Below are positions 9,654-20,100 of a stretch of DNA of 64,000 bases, piece after piece. The notes beneath the pieces were generated by a model. It was not told the origin of the DNA. It ran no database searches and saw nothing but the letters and a program-made list of their open reading frames with translations. A program made the translations under genes and the position numbers. Source of the DNA: Opitutaceae bacterium (GTDB taxonomy: Bacteria; Verrucomicrobiota; Verrucomicrobiia; Opitutales; Coraliomargaritaceae); contig JBPOFY010000010.1 of NCBI GenBank assembly GCA_051252375.1, forward strand, positions 32,001 through 96,000, given 5' to 3'. Every line of letters starts with the position of its first letter. Position 1 is the stretch's first letter.

Positions 9654-11147
9654 CTACTTTTTATTGGGGTTGAAATCGGCAGTGTTCTCTAGGTCGATAG
9701 CTTCAATAGCACTGACAGCCTCCAAATCGACGTCACCAAATACACGAACGCCGTCATTAGAATTTTGGTATGCTGCGAATTGCTCAGGTGTTACATTTGT
9801 AGATCCTAGATACAGCGATTTTAAGCTCATTTTGGAGAGCTTAGAGAGACCTGCGTCACTTAGATCGCTACCATAGAAGTTCAGGCTCTCTAAAGCCGTG
9901 AAGGAATTGATCACATCAACTGCAGCATCAGCAGAGCTATAGCCGGATAGATTCAGAGCGCGGAGCTCACTTGCTCCACGGAGCCATTCAAGTTGCGCGA
10001 TCGGCACTTCAGCGCCAGCTAGTTTTAGCTCCTCGATGCGATCTTTATAGGTTGCGAGTAGCGCAAAGTCTTCGTCGGCAACGGCGCCTTTCGCGTTCTG
10101 GAAATCCACATAGAATAATTCCGACTCACGGCTGACGGGTAACACCATGATGCCATTTTTGATCAACTTATTCAGTTTATCCTGCTCAGCTTCTTGAGCT
10201 GCTTCTGCTGCGGCCACCGCGGCTTCATCGACTGGAGGACCCTCCGCTCCATTGGAAACCCAATGCGTGATCAACATAATCTGCTCTGCACTCATCCGGG
10301 GCTTTCCTTCAGGAGGCATCGCCATGTCGTCTGACTCGGGGAGCCAAAGATATTCGATCAACTTACTCTCGCTCACCGCAGACGGAGTGATTGGCGTGTC
10401 GCCTATCTTGCCAGGGGTCATCAGATATTCATAGGTATCAAGACGATACTTACTCTTCTGTTTCTCCATGCCGTGACATTTCGTGCAGTATTGATCGAGC
10501 AAAGGTTGTATTTCATGTGTGTAAACGTCGCCGTCTATTGCGCCATCTTCCGATGCGACCGTTTCAATAGTCCCATTCGGCTTATCCAATTTAGCAGCCA
10601 GCCAATCCGGCGCATAGGCTGTTAAGTAGCCAGAACCATGCGTCAAATTACCTCCATAGTGCCCCACTACCGTCATCACGATCAAGAGACCGACGAGTAG
10701 AAAGCGATACAGTCCCTTCCCCACACTTTCTTTACAAACGTTACGAACCTTTAAAAATGCCAGCACTAAAGCACCTGCAGAAAAAACAATACCGAGCCAT
10801 TTATGGAGCCACAGTGTATCTCCTGAGTAATCACCATTTGAGGCTAGGAGCAAACCGAGGTAAGCACTCAACACTGAAGCCAAGGCCATGATCCAGACGA
10901 GAATATGTGCCGATCGTCGAAGCCCTTCATTACGATTTCGCAGTGCCGCAACCTCGACCACAAATAAGCCTACAAATAAACCAATCGGCAGATGCAGGAT
11001 AACCGGGTGAAAACGCCCTAAGAATTGTGTCCATTCGAGGCTTTCTTCAGCCGCACTTTGACCCTCAGTAAAGACGACGACCCAAGCGAGCAGCAGCGCT
11101 AAGGACACAAGCAACACTGTGCTCAGCAAAAAATAGACTCTTTTCAT
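9654..11147 (-). CDS. Membrane protein with planctomycete-type cytochrome c domain and C-terminal leucine-rich repeats
   Basis: GRFHPVILHLPIG transmembrane region, heme motif CTKCH with a distal MPP ligand motif, LRR-like C-terminus. Confidence 0.82.
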   Translation of the reverse strand: MKRVYFLLSTVLLVSLALLLAWVVVFTEGQSAAEESLEWTQFLGRFHPVILHLPIGLFVGLFVVEVAALRNRNEGLRRSAHILVWIMALASVLSAYLGLLLASNGDYSGDTLWLHKWLGIVFSAGALVLAFLKVRNVCKESVGKGLYRFLLVGLLIVMTVVGHYGGNLTHGSGYLTAYAPDWLAAKLDKPNGTIETVASEDGAIDGDVYTHEIQPLLDQYCTKCHGMEKQKSKYRLDTYEYLMTPGKIGDTPITPSAVSESKLIEYLWLPESDDMAMPPEGKPRMSAEQIMLITHWVSNGAEGPPVDEAAVAAAEAAQEAEQDKLNKLIKNGIMVLPVSRESELFYVDFQNAKGAVADEDFALLATYKDRIEELKLAGAEVPIAQLEWLRGASELRALNLSGYSSADAAVDVINSFTALESLNFYGSDLSDAGLSKLSKMSLKSLYLGSTNVTPEQFAAYQNSNDGVRVFGDVDLEAVSAIEAIDLENTADFNPNKK

Positions 11148-11170
11148 ATTAGGGTATGCTATCGCAGCGA

Positions 11171-12577
11171 CTAGGCGAGGATCTCGGGTATAATATGACC
11201 GTGCACATCGGTGAGTCGCACGTCGCGACCACTGAAACGATAGGTCAGCTGTTTGTGATCGATTCCCATCAAGTGCATCATGTTGGCGTGCAAGTCATGC
11301 ACATCCATTTTGTTTTCGACTGCACGATAACCGTATTCATCGGTCGCACCGTAAATGGTGCCGCCTTTGATGCCGCCACCGGCCATCCACATACTAAAGC
11401 CCTGCGGATTGTGGTCGCGACCATTCTGTCCTTGAGCAAATGGTGTGCGACCAAACTCACCACTGAAAACGAGCAAAGTAGAATCCAGTAAACCGCGAGA
11501 CTTGAGATCCTTGATTAATCCGGCAATCGGCTGGTCCACTGCAAAGGCATTCATTTCATGCCCGGCTTTCAAGTTACCATGCTGGTCCCAACGATCGGCG
11601 CCGCTGATCCCTGAAACAGTTAACTCCACAAAGCGGACGCCCTGCTCCACAAGCCTACGAGCAATCAAACACTGCGAACCATATTGACGTGTTTGTTCGA
11701 ATGGCGAATCCATACCGTAAAGTCGCTTTGTGGCGGCTGTCTCTTTTGAGATGTCGGTCACCTCAGGCACCTCCATCTGCATACGATACGCGAGTTCATA
11801 GTTTTGAATCGCGGTCTCCACCTCATCCGCATGGTGGAAATTTTGAAATAATGACCGATCGATGCTATTGAGATAATCCAGTTTCTTGCGCTGCAACTCA
11901 GTGAGCGACTCGCGCGGCTGTATGTTATTCATCACCGGATGTTTTGGCGCAACGAGCGACGCCTGGTGATTGGCAGGAAGAAAACCATTTCCAAAAGTCT
12001 GCATACCGCCCGGAGGCATGAGACCTCCATTGACCACGACATAGCTTGGCAAATTTTGATTCATTGTGCCGAGCCCATAGGAGAACCAAGAACCCATACT
12101 GGGGCGGCCTGCAAGCACATGACCACAATGCAGTGCATAATTAGCATTCGGATGGTTCGGCGACAAAGCAGTCATTGAACGAATCACACACAAGTCATCC
12201 GCACAGGAACCAATATGCGGAAACAAATCACTAATCGGAATACCGCTCTCCCCGTAATTCTTAAACTCCCAAGGGCTTTTAAGGAGATTGCCGTTATTAT
12301 TGAAAACAGTGGCATCGACTTTGAACTTAGGCGCTTGACCGTTTTCTTTAGTCAACTGCGGCTTGGGGTCGAATGAATCCACCTGCGAAACGCCGCCATC
12401 CATATAAAGGAAAATCACACTCTTCGCCGTTGGCGGAAAATGAGGAATTTGCGGCGCTAAAGGTGACGACAAACTTGCCCCGAGCAGATCACGTTGAAAG
12501 AGGCTCGTCGCCGCCAACATGCCGAAGCCCATAGAACTGTTTTTCAGGAAATCTCTTCTGCTAAATGGTCGTTTCAT
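11171..12577 (-). CDS. DUF1501 family protein (Tat-exported)
   Basis: SRRDFLK Tat motif; SVIFLYMDGGVSQVDSFDPKP, WDQHG, GEFGRTP, GRDHNP. Confidence 0.9.
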   Translation of the reverse strand: MKRPFSRRDFLKNSSMGFGMLAATSLFQRDLLGASLSSPLAPQIPHFPPTAKSVIFLYMDGGVSQVDSFDPKPQLTKENGQAPKFKVDATVFNNNGNLLKSPWEFKNYGESGIPISDLFPHIGSCADDLCVIRSMTALSPNHPNANYALHCGHVLAGRPSMGSWFSYGLGTMNQNLPSYVVVNGGLMPPGGMQTFGNGFLPANHQASLVAPKHPVMNNIQPRESLTELQRKKLDYLNSIDRSLFQNFHHADEVETAIQNYELAYRMQMEVPEVTDISKETAATKRLYGMDSPFEQTRQYGSQCLIARRLVEQGVRFVELTVSGISGADRWDQHGNLKAGHEMNAFAVDQPIAGLIKDLKSRGLLDSTLLVFSGEFGRTPFAQGQNGRDHNPQGFSMWMAGGGIKGGTIYGATDEYGYRAVENKMDVHDLHANMMHLMGIDHKQLTYRFSGRDVRLTDVHGHIIPEILA

Positions 12578-12581
12578 GGCT

Positions 12582-15500
12582 TTAAAATAGGTAGATAAAT
12601 TCTTTGCGGTTCATCATGACATGGCAGAGCTCTTGCCACACAGCGACTTCATTGACGTCGCCATTCTCCTGATACATTTGAGTCACATCACGAACCAGAC
12701 CTTGAGCCCAAGCGATTTCTGCCTCCTCTGCCGGACGACTGAGCGCGACTTCATGCATGTGATTAATTCGTGCAACTTCGTCCGGCTCCGACTTGAGCAA
12801 TACCGCAGCCCACTCCTTGGCTTGCTGCTGAGTAAACTCCGCATTCATGAGCGCGAGCGACTGAGCTGGAACATTGGTAATACTACGTGCGCCTGTCGGC
12901 TCGACACCATTTGGCATGCCGAGGATCCGCAGAAATGAAGGCATGAAATTACGACGCAGCTCCATGTAGACAGAACGACGCCCCTTGCCATCAACTGGGC
13001 CAGTCCCTGGGAATCCACGCGCTCTCGGCAAATCATCAATGTAGGAACGAACACTCGGCCCATACATTTGCGCATTCAACTTGCCACTAACAAACAGCAC
13101 GTGGTCACGAATCTGCTCTGCTTCTAAGCGCTTCACCGGCATGCGCTGTAAATACAAATTATTCGGATCCATCGCTAGCGCCTGCTCGTCCGGGAGTGTC
13201 GACATCTGATAAGTGGAAGTCAGCACCATCTTGCGTATCATCTGCTTAATCGACCAGTCCAGCGCCATGAAATCTTTGGCTAAGTAATCAAGCAGTTGAG
13301 GGTGAGTTGGTAACGTGCCTAGTTCACCAAGGTCGTCGATGGTTGAAACAATACCACGACCAAAAATATGGTGCCACAGGCGATTTACCATCACACGGGA
13401 AACAAGCGGATTGGATTCATCGACAAGATGATCCGCAAACTCGCGACGACCACTTTCAGTGGACGATAGTAATTCCCCACCAAGCGCATCCATAAAGCGG
13501 CGCGGATTCGACTCTTTACTTAAATTCTTATGACTGCCGCGAATGTAGATCGGTTCATTCTGCGGGGTGCCCTCAGTTAAACTTCGCGCGTAGACAGGTT
13601 GCGGGATCTCGTTATTGATCTCACGGTAGCGTGCCATCAAAGACTTTAGTTTTTCGTTACGATCAGTGCCTGCACGGACAAGCCCTGACTCAAACAAGCC
13701 TGACAAGAGAACAGCACCTTCCGCTGTGAGCTTACGATTCCTTCCATCCTGCACGACTTGCTTCACAACATCGGCGACAGCTCGATCCTTCCAGAGCTGT
13801 GTCCAATCAGGGAGTGTAGGATCGGTCGAGATCGAGACAAAGTGATCATCCGCATTTTGACGATGTGTAGTTTTTAGGCGTCTCGCCTCCCCATCCTGCA
13901 GCACCTCAATGTAGGCAGGTAAGCCCACCCATAGTTTCGTTTTAATCGAGATGCGTTGCCATGCACCCTCATTGACAGCAACAGATAGAATTCTCGTGGT
14001 CGGACCAAAGCCTGCTTGTTCATAATTGCGAACGATCAAATTAACGCGGGCATTCTTACCTCGTGCGTAGAGCTCTACGGGGCGGCCGTCCAAAACAAAA
14101 TCTGGACTACGAAGACTACCAGAAATTCTACCACTATAGGCACCCGCAGTAGGATTGGATAAATCGACCAACGTTTGCACCACATTCTGGTCATTTGCGA
14201 CGGACAATATCATATCCGATCCAGCAACCTGCCCCAGCTCACTAAAGCCCAATCCCGTGGTCATCCATTGACCTAGATCTGTTGGATAATATGGAGCAAT
14301 CGGAGACAGTGGCTTGGCTAGCTTCGGTGCTTTTTCGCTGTCACCGACGATCGCATGATAAATCGGATCCAGTTGCGGCCATTTCTTGCGATGCTTCGGA
14401 ATCGTGAAATAGCGCAACCATGATTCTAGGACGGTTGCATCTAGCTTACGCTGCGATGCCTCTGTTTGAATGACAGCAATCACACCTTTATCCAAATTAG
14501 GAGCCAGTGCCTTTCTGTCCTTCGCCTGCTCAGCCCATGCCTTTTTGAGTTCCTGAAACTCAGCGCTCTCACTGATCTTTCGAGTCGCAAGCGCGTATTC
14601 GCTCATATTGGCAATATCCGCCGCTGCATCGGCCATCGCTGCGTCGTAAACAGCTGGCTTACCTTGCTTCAATTTTGACTGAGGCAGTAATTGCTTCGTC
14701 TCCGCCACCGTGTTGGAGATGTCCAATCGCGAACTGCGAAGCATGCCATACCACGAATAGTAGTCGCCTGTAGTAATTGCATCGAACTTGTGGTCATGGC
14801 ATCGCGCGCAAGCCACCGTGATACCAAGAAATGCCTTACTGGTGGCATCAATCATTCCGCTAAAGATGCGGGCTTCATCTTCATGCAAATCAGGCGGGCC
14901 ATGCTGCCCATCGGTCAGGTAAAAGAAACCGGGACCTTTGAGCGATTCGTTAATCGTGCCACTCTCATCGTAGCGTGGTTCATCCACTAAATCGCCAGCA
15001 AAGGACTCACGGACAAATTGATCATAAGGCAGGTCCTCGTTGAACGCGCGAATCAAATAATTCCGATACTGGTGCGCATGCGGCATTAGGTAATCGAACT
15101 CGAAAGATTTTGTCTCGGCATAGCGCACCGCATCCATCCAATGCCGTGCCCATTTCTCACCAAAATGCGGAGATGCCAAAAGACGGTCTACTTGCTTCGC
15201 ATATGCATCGGGCGACTCATCCGAAAGATACGCATCCATCTCTTCCGGAGTCGGTGCCAGACCAATTAAATCGAAACTCAAGCGGCGTAACAAATTTCTC
15301 TTTGAAGATTTCGCCGCAGGCTTCCAGCCCTCCTGATCCAGTTGCGCTAAAATAAAATTATCGTAAGCATTGCTGGGCCAACTCGGATCGCTGACTGCTG
15401 GAGCTTCATAATCCTTGATCGGCTGAAACGACCACCATTGCTTGCGCTCCTCGAGGTCGAACTCATCAACATTCTTCAGCTGCCCGATCTCCTGATCACG

Positions 15501-15878
15501 TGGGTCAAATGCACCCTCGTTGATCCACTTTGCAAAGTCCGCAATCTGCTCATCTTTAAGCTTCGATTTAGGCGGCATCGCTTCGTAGCTAGGATCATGA
15601 CGGATCATGTGCAAAAACAGACTCTTCTCCGCATCGCCGGGCACAATCACTTGCCCCGTATCGCCACCACGCATCCAACCAGCCTTCGAATCCAAGAGTA
15701 AGCCGCCTTTTAGTTTCTCGGAAGCCTCCGCATGGCACTCATAGCAACTCTCAATCAAGACCGGGCGAATCTTCGCCTCGAAAAAAGTCAACTGATCCGG
15801 CGTGAGCGCAGCAACATCCTCCGCATTCATTGAGAGCGGTAGCAACAACAGCAGTGTAGCAAAGGAAGGGCGTAACAT
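12582..15878 (-). CDS. Planctomycete cytochrome c / DUF1549 (PSCyt2) / DUF1553 (PSD1) protein
   Basis: CYECH and CARCHDHKFD, LLRRLSFDLIGL, HFGEKWARHWMD, NRLWHHIFGRGIV, PTHPQLLDYLA. Start moved to ATG 15878 (signal peptide). Confidence 0.9.
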   Translation of the reverse strand: MLRPSFATLLLLLPLSMNAEDVAALTPDQLTFFEAKIRPVLIESCYECHAEASEKLKGGLLLDSKAGWMRGGDTGQVIVPGDAEKSLFLHMIRHDPSYEAMPPKSKLKDEQIADFAKWINEGAFDPRDQEIGQLKNVDEFDLEERKQWWSFQPIKDYEAPAVSDPSWPSNAYDNFILAQLDQEGWKPAAKSSKRNLLRRLSFDLIGLAPTPEEMDAYLSDESPDAYAKQVDRLLASPHFGEKWARHWMDAVRYAETKSFEFDYLMPHAHQYRNYLIRAFNEDLPYDQFVRESFAGDLVDEPRYDESGTINESLKGPGFFYLTDGQHGPPDLHEDEARIFSGMIDATSKAFLGITVACARCHDHKFDAITTGDYYSWYGMLRSSRLDISNTVAETKQLLPQSKLKQGKPAVYDAAMADAAADIANMSEYALATRKISESAEFQELKKAWAEQAKDRKALAPNLDKGVIAVIQTEASQRKLDATVLESWLRYFTIPKHRKKWPQLDPIYHAIVGDSEKAPKLAKPLSPIAPYYPTDLGQWMTTGLGFSELGQVAGSDMILSVANDQNVVQTLVDLSNPTAGAYSGRISGSLRSPDFVLDGRPVELYARGKNARVNLIVRNYEQAGFGPTTRILSVAVNEGAWQRISIKTKLWVGLPAYIEVLQDGEARRLKTTHRQNADDHFVSISTDPTLPDWTQLWKDRAVADVVKQVVQDGRNRKLTAEGAVLLSGLFESGLVRAGTDRNEKLKSLMARYREINNEIPQPVYARSLTEGTPQNEPIYIRGSHKNLSKESNPRRFMDALGGELLSSTESGRREFADHLVDESNPLVSRVMVNRLWHHIFGRGIVSTIDDLGELGTLPTHPQLLDYLAKDFMALDWSIKQMIRKMVLTSTYQMSTLPDEQALAMDPNNLYLQRMPVKRLEAEQIRDHVLFVSGKLNAQMYGPSVRSYIDDLPRARGFPGTGPVDGKGRRSVYMELRRNFMPSFLRILGMPNGVEPTGARSITNVPAQSLALMNAEFTQQQAKEWAAVLLKSEPDEVARINHMHEVALSRPAEEAEIAWAQGLVRDVTQMYQENGDVNEVAVWQELCHVMMNRKEFIYLF

Positions 15879-16098
15879 TTTGATTGGGTAAGAAATATGG
15901 AAACAGGTGGTATGAAGGACCAAAACTGGGGAGATTCAAATCTATCGCAAAGATAACACATCTATTGCACAAATACCTCCACTCTTCGCGCTAAAAACTG
16001 ATACTATTTCCGAATATTTCTCACAAATAACCACATAAAAGCGTGGCGATACTATCATAAATACATAAATCTAGCGGCATATTGCATTCACAGAATCT

Positions 16099-16980
16099 AT
16101 GGAAAAGCGGCAGAGACTAGTTCGGGAGCTCATCCCCAACGATAAAGGAGAGACCTTCGTTTACAAGCAGGAGACTAGTATCTGGCCCGCATGGCACTAC
16201 CATGAGGAGATCGACATATTACTCTTTCTACAAAGTAGTGGCCAACACATCACAGGTGACTACATCGGTGAATTCAACCCTGGCACGCTACTCGTCAACG
16301 GCCCGAATGTCCCCCACTGCTTCACGAGCAATACCGTGCCAGATGTAAGAGCCCCCGAGGCAGCGATTATAGTGATTCAGTTTTCAGCTAAATCGATCGG
16401 CGATGATTTACTGTCCAAAACAGAGATGAGCTTAATCCAAGATTATCTGCACTCGACCACTCGCTCTTTTGAATACTTCGGTGAAACTCGCTCCAAAGCC
16501 GCATCAATAATGATGGCCATGGAGGACAGTCAAAACATGGAACGCTTCAGCCTCTTCCTTAAGCTGCTCGAAACGCTCGCTCTTGCTCCGGACCAAGAAA
16601 AACAAAGACTTGTCAGTGACTTCTATTCACCCGTGCTCAACGATGCCAATGTCAACCGCATCGAGATCGTGCGCCGCTGGGTGCAGAAGAAGCTACACCA
16701 AAAAATTTCACTGACCGAAGCAGCTTCACAAATCCAGATGTCTGCAAAAACATTTTCTTACTTCTTCAAAAAGAATACCGGCAAACCCTTCGTTCAATAC
16801 GTCAAAGAACTACGTATCGGACTCGCCAGTCAAAAGCTCATCCAAACAGATTCGAGCGTCTTGGAAATTTGCTACGACTGCGGCTACAACAATCTTTCCA
16901 ACTTCAATCGACAATTCCTAGAACTGAAGAAAGTAACACCATCAGAATTTAGAAAACGATTTAAAAAACTACATGTTTAG
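16099..16980 (+). CDS. AraC-family transcriptional regulator (cupin sensor domain plus HTH)
   Basis: WHYHEE cupin motif; C-terminal CGYNNLSNFNRQF...TPSEFR; divergent from the DUF1553 operon. Confidence 0.93.
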   Translation: MEKRQRLVRELIPNDKGETFVYKQETSIWPAWHYHEEIDILLFLQSSGQHITGDYIGEFNPGTLLVNGPNVPHCFTSNTVPDVRAPEAAIIVIQFSAKSIGDDLLSKTEMSLIQDYLHSTTRSFEYFGETRSKAASIMMAMEDSQNMERFSLFLKLLETLALAPDQEKQRLVSDFYSPVLNDANVNRIEIVRRWVQKKLHQKISLTEAASQIQMSAKTFSYFFKKNTGKPFVQYVKELRIGLASQKLIQTDSSVLEICYDCGYNNLSNFNRQFLELKKVTPSEFRKRFKKLHV

Positions 16981-17165
16981 GCGACTTTCCTGGCCAAAAG
17001 ACCACGACCATAGCTAGCAGTCCCTTTTCGACGATCGCCGCAGGTGGCATCCCCGCTAATACCCCGCAACACCCATCGCGTGTTTACGCGTTCAAAGCGT
17101 ATACAATTGACGAGTAAGCTGCTATTTGGATCAATTCAGCATACCCCAATTAGCAGATAAAGTAT

Positions 17166-20100
17166 ATGCTATTAGAAATCCCCATCATAAAGAGCATAAA
17201 GGCAATAATAACAGCTATCGTTTTCTTTGCCTTAGGCTCGTTTGATGCTTACGGAGCCCCGTTAGTGCAGCTTTCTGGCGACATCACACCAGATTCTATC
17301 TCCCCTTATCTGACAGCCAGCATTACTGGAAATACGGGATCCAACCCAGACAACACGTCCACTGTCACAGGGTATTGGACGAGCGCATCTGTGACAACTA
17401 ACTCCACTTCAAATGGAGACATTCACAATGCCATCACATTAACCGTATCAGGCCTATCCGAAACAGAGTCCATATTGCTGTCTGAACTTTCTTTCGACTA
17501 CCTCAGAATGACACTGAACGGATCGATACCGATTCTGGACCTCTATATTGATACAGGCGATGGATACGGCGACTCGGTTTTGACCGTCAACGATGATCCG
17601 GCTAGCTCCAATCAAACTGACTCCTTTTCCTTACCGACGATTTTCTCACTTAAGAACGGTGACTCGATCACATTCGGGTTCTCATTTGCTGATCGACATG
17701 GGCTTGAGCAAAGGACGCACCTTATTGATAATTTTGTCCTCAGTGGCACAACATACTCCGCCATTGATAACTTGGGAATACGCTTTCTAGAACTCACTGG
17801 AGAGACGACCCCATTTTATACTAATGGATACTTAGACGTCGATATCACAGGCAACACAGGCTCTAACCCGACCGCGGTGAGCGCAGGTTTCGGCTACTGG
17901 ACAGATGCTTCTGCTACTCCGAATAATCCATCCAATACGGACATCCATAACACCTTCACCTTTACGGCGACAGGGTTAACAGGAACAGAATCGATCGATA
18001 TTACAGCAATCAATTTTGATTTAATCAGAAAACAGCTAAATGGATCGAATGCTAAGATGAATATCTACCTCGATACAGGCGATGGCTATGGGGACCCCAT
18101 TTATTTACTTACGGAGTCTCCAACCACTTCCCCTCAAACGGATATAATTTCCTTCAATACCGCCATCACATTAATGAATGGAGAGTCCGTCACATTCGGA
18201 TTCTCTTTCGCAGATATACACGGATTAGATTCACGCACACACATAATAGACAATTTAAAAATCTATGGCACGTATGATCTAGATTCAGGATACCCAGGTG
18301 TTGATCTTAATAATAATGGAGTGAGTGACATTTGGGAATATCGCTTCAATGCAACTGGCTTAGTCAGTAATGAAATAACGAAGCACCTAGATTATGATGA
18401 AGACGGCATTTCAAACATAGATGAAGCTCTAGCCGGGACCAACCCCTTCGATGCTCTATCACGTTTTGATCTACAAATTGGCCGTGATGAAACTGACGCT
18501 TTAATGCTGTCCATGCCAACCCAGCTCGGCAAAGGCTATACCATCTTCGGAGGTAACACCTTAAACCCCGACATCTGGGGTCCAGAAGATGTGCAAATGA
18601 CTGGGACTGGTAGCGAAATGAATTTCACCATTACACCTAATGGCGACAGTTACTTCTTCAACGCAGTCGTGGCTGACATCGATATGGATAATGATCGAGT
18701 CTCACGCTGGGAAGAAGAACAACTCGCTGGGTTTGCAGATAATGACAGCACTTCTGGTGATGATGAAAACATGGAGGATTTCGACCGAATCAAGAATATC
18801 ATACAGGCTGCATACCAATCATCTATTTCGATTTCAACAGATAGAAACGTCGTCCATGAACTTGAGAATACTTCTGCGACTGTGACCTTTACGAGAATCA
18901 GTAGTCGACCAGGCGACTTTCTTTCTCTGGAAAGAGCGGAGGCCTTTCAAATCATCGATACCACGAAGGTTGCCTCGAATGCGGCTTCTCTCAGCGATTA
19001 TATACTCACTGATATACATGGAACTGAGCTACCCAACGGTCAGTTCACAATAGCTGCAGGAGAATCCTCAGTAGAAGTCTACCTACATCCAATCGCTGAC
19101 GGTATCATCGAGTCAGACGAACAGTTAACGTTCTCTGTGGGTGTTTCTAACTTCAATCTTTGGATTGCAGACGCGGAAACAATTGCTGCAGCAGATTACA
19201 TCGCCATCTCACAGGCGGGTCACTTTCTAGCTCAAGCCTCGATGGGCGGCACCCCTGAAACCATCTCTGCGCTCGCCAATGAAATCAGAGACAATGGCTA
19301 CCTGACCGCTTGCGAAGCTTGGATCGACAACCAACTCACCCTTCCTCGGGAATCCACAGTCACTCAGGATTGCTACGACACCCAGTTAGCCTTCCTCGAA
19401 GGAAACTCTGTCCCCTCAGTGAACATTCAAAACTTTGAATTAGTTTGGTGGGGAAAAATGATTCAGACCGATGAGCAGTTGCGACATCGCATCGCGTATT
19501 CCCTCAGTCAAGTGTTTGTCACCTCTTCTGCCTTTTGGGCGAATCAAGAACGTAATAATCTCTGGGAATCCTACACCTCCTATTACGATAGCCTTGTGGA
19601 TAACGCCTACTCAACACACCGAGACCTGCTTCAATCGATCAGCTACGACCCATTTATGGGGGTTTACTTATCCTCCGCTCAGAATCGCAAAGAAGATGTA
19701 TCCTTAGGAACGTTTCCCGATGAGAATTACGCTCGCGAGGTCATGCAGCTCTTTTCATGCGGCGTGTATTCCCAAGGTCAGGATGGCGAATACCTCTTAG
19801 ATACAAACAGTGACCGAATAGAAAACTACGACAACGATGACATCAAAGAGCTTGCTCAAGTATTCACGGGCTTAGGCCTGGCTTCATCTGAGGGTGTCGC
19901 CGATAACTTTAATTCGCCTAAAAGCGGCCTCGGGACGAGATACCAATATCCCATGGTTATGGTAGACAGCTACCACGACACCTCCTCAAAAATACTATTA
20001 GACGGCACCGTGCTCACAGCGGGACAATCAGGGAGCCAAGACATCTCTGATGCCCTAGACCGCCTAGCGGTGCATCCCAGCACTGCCCCACACCTCTCTC

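Noticed and set aside
17141..17158. ATACCCCAATTAGCAGAT as another copy of the 18-bp operator
   Set aside because: Only about 11/18 match and it sits immediately before the start codon; it is equally explained by the C-rich leader pattern.
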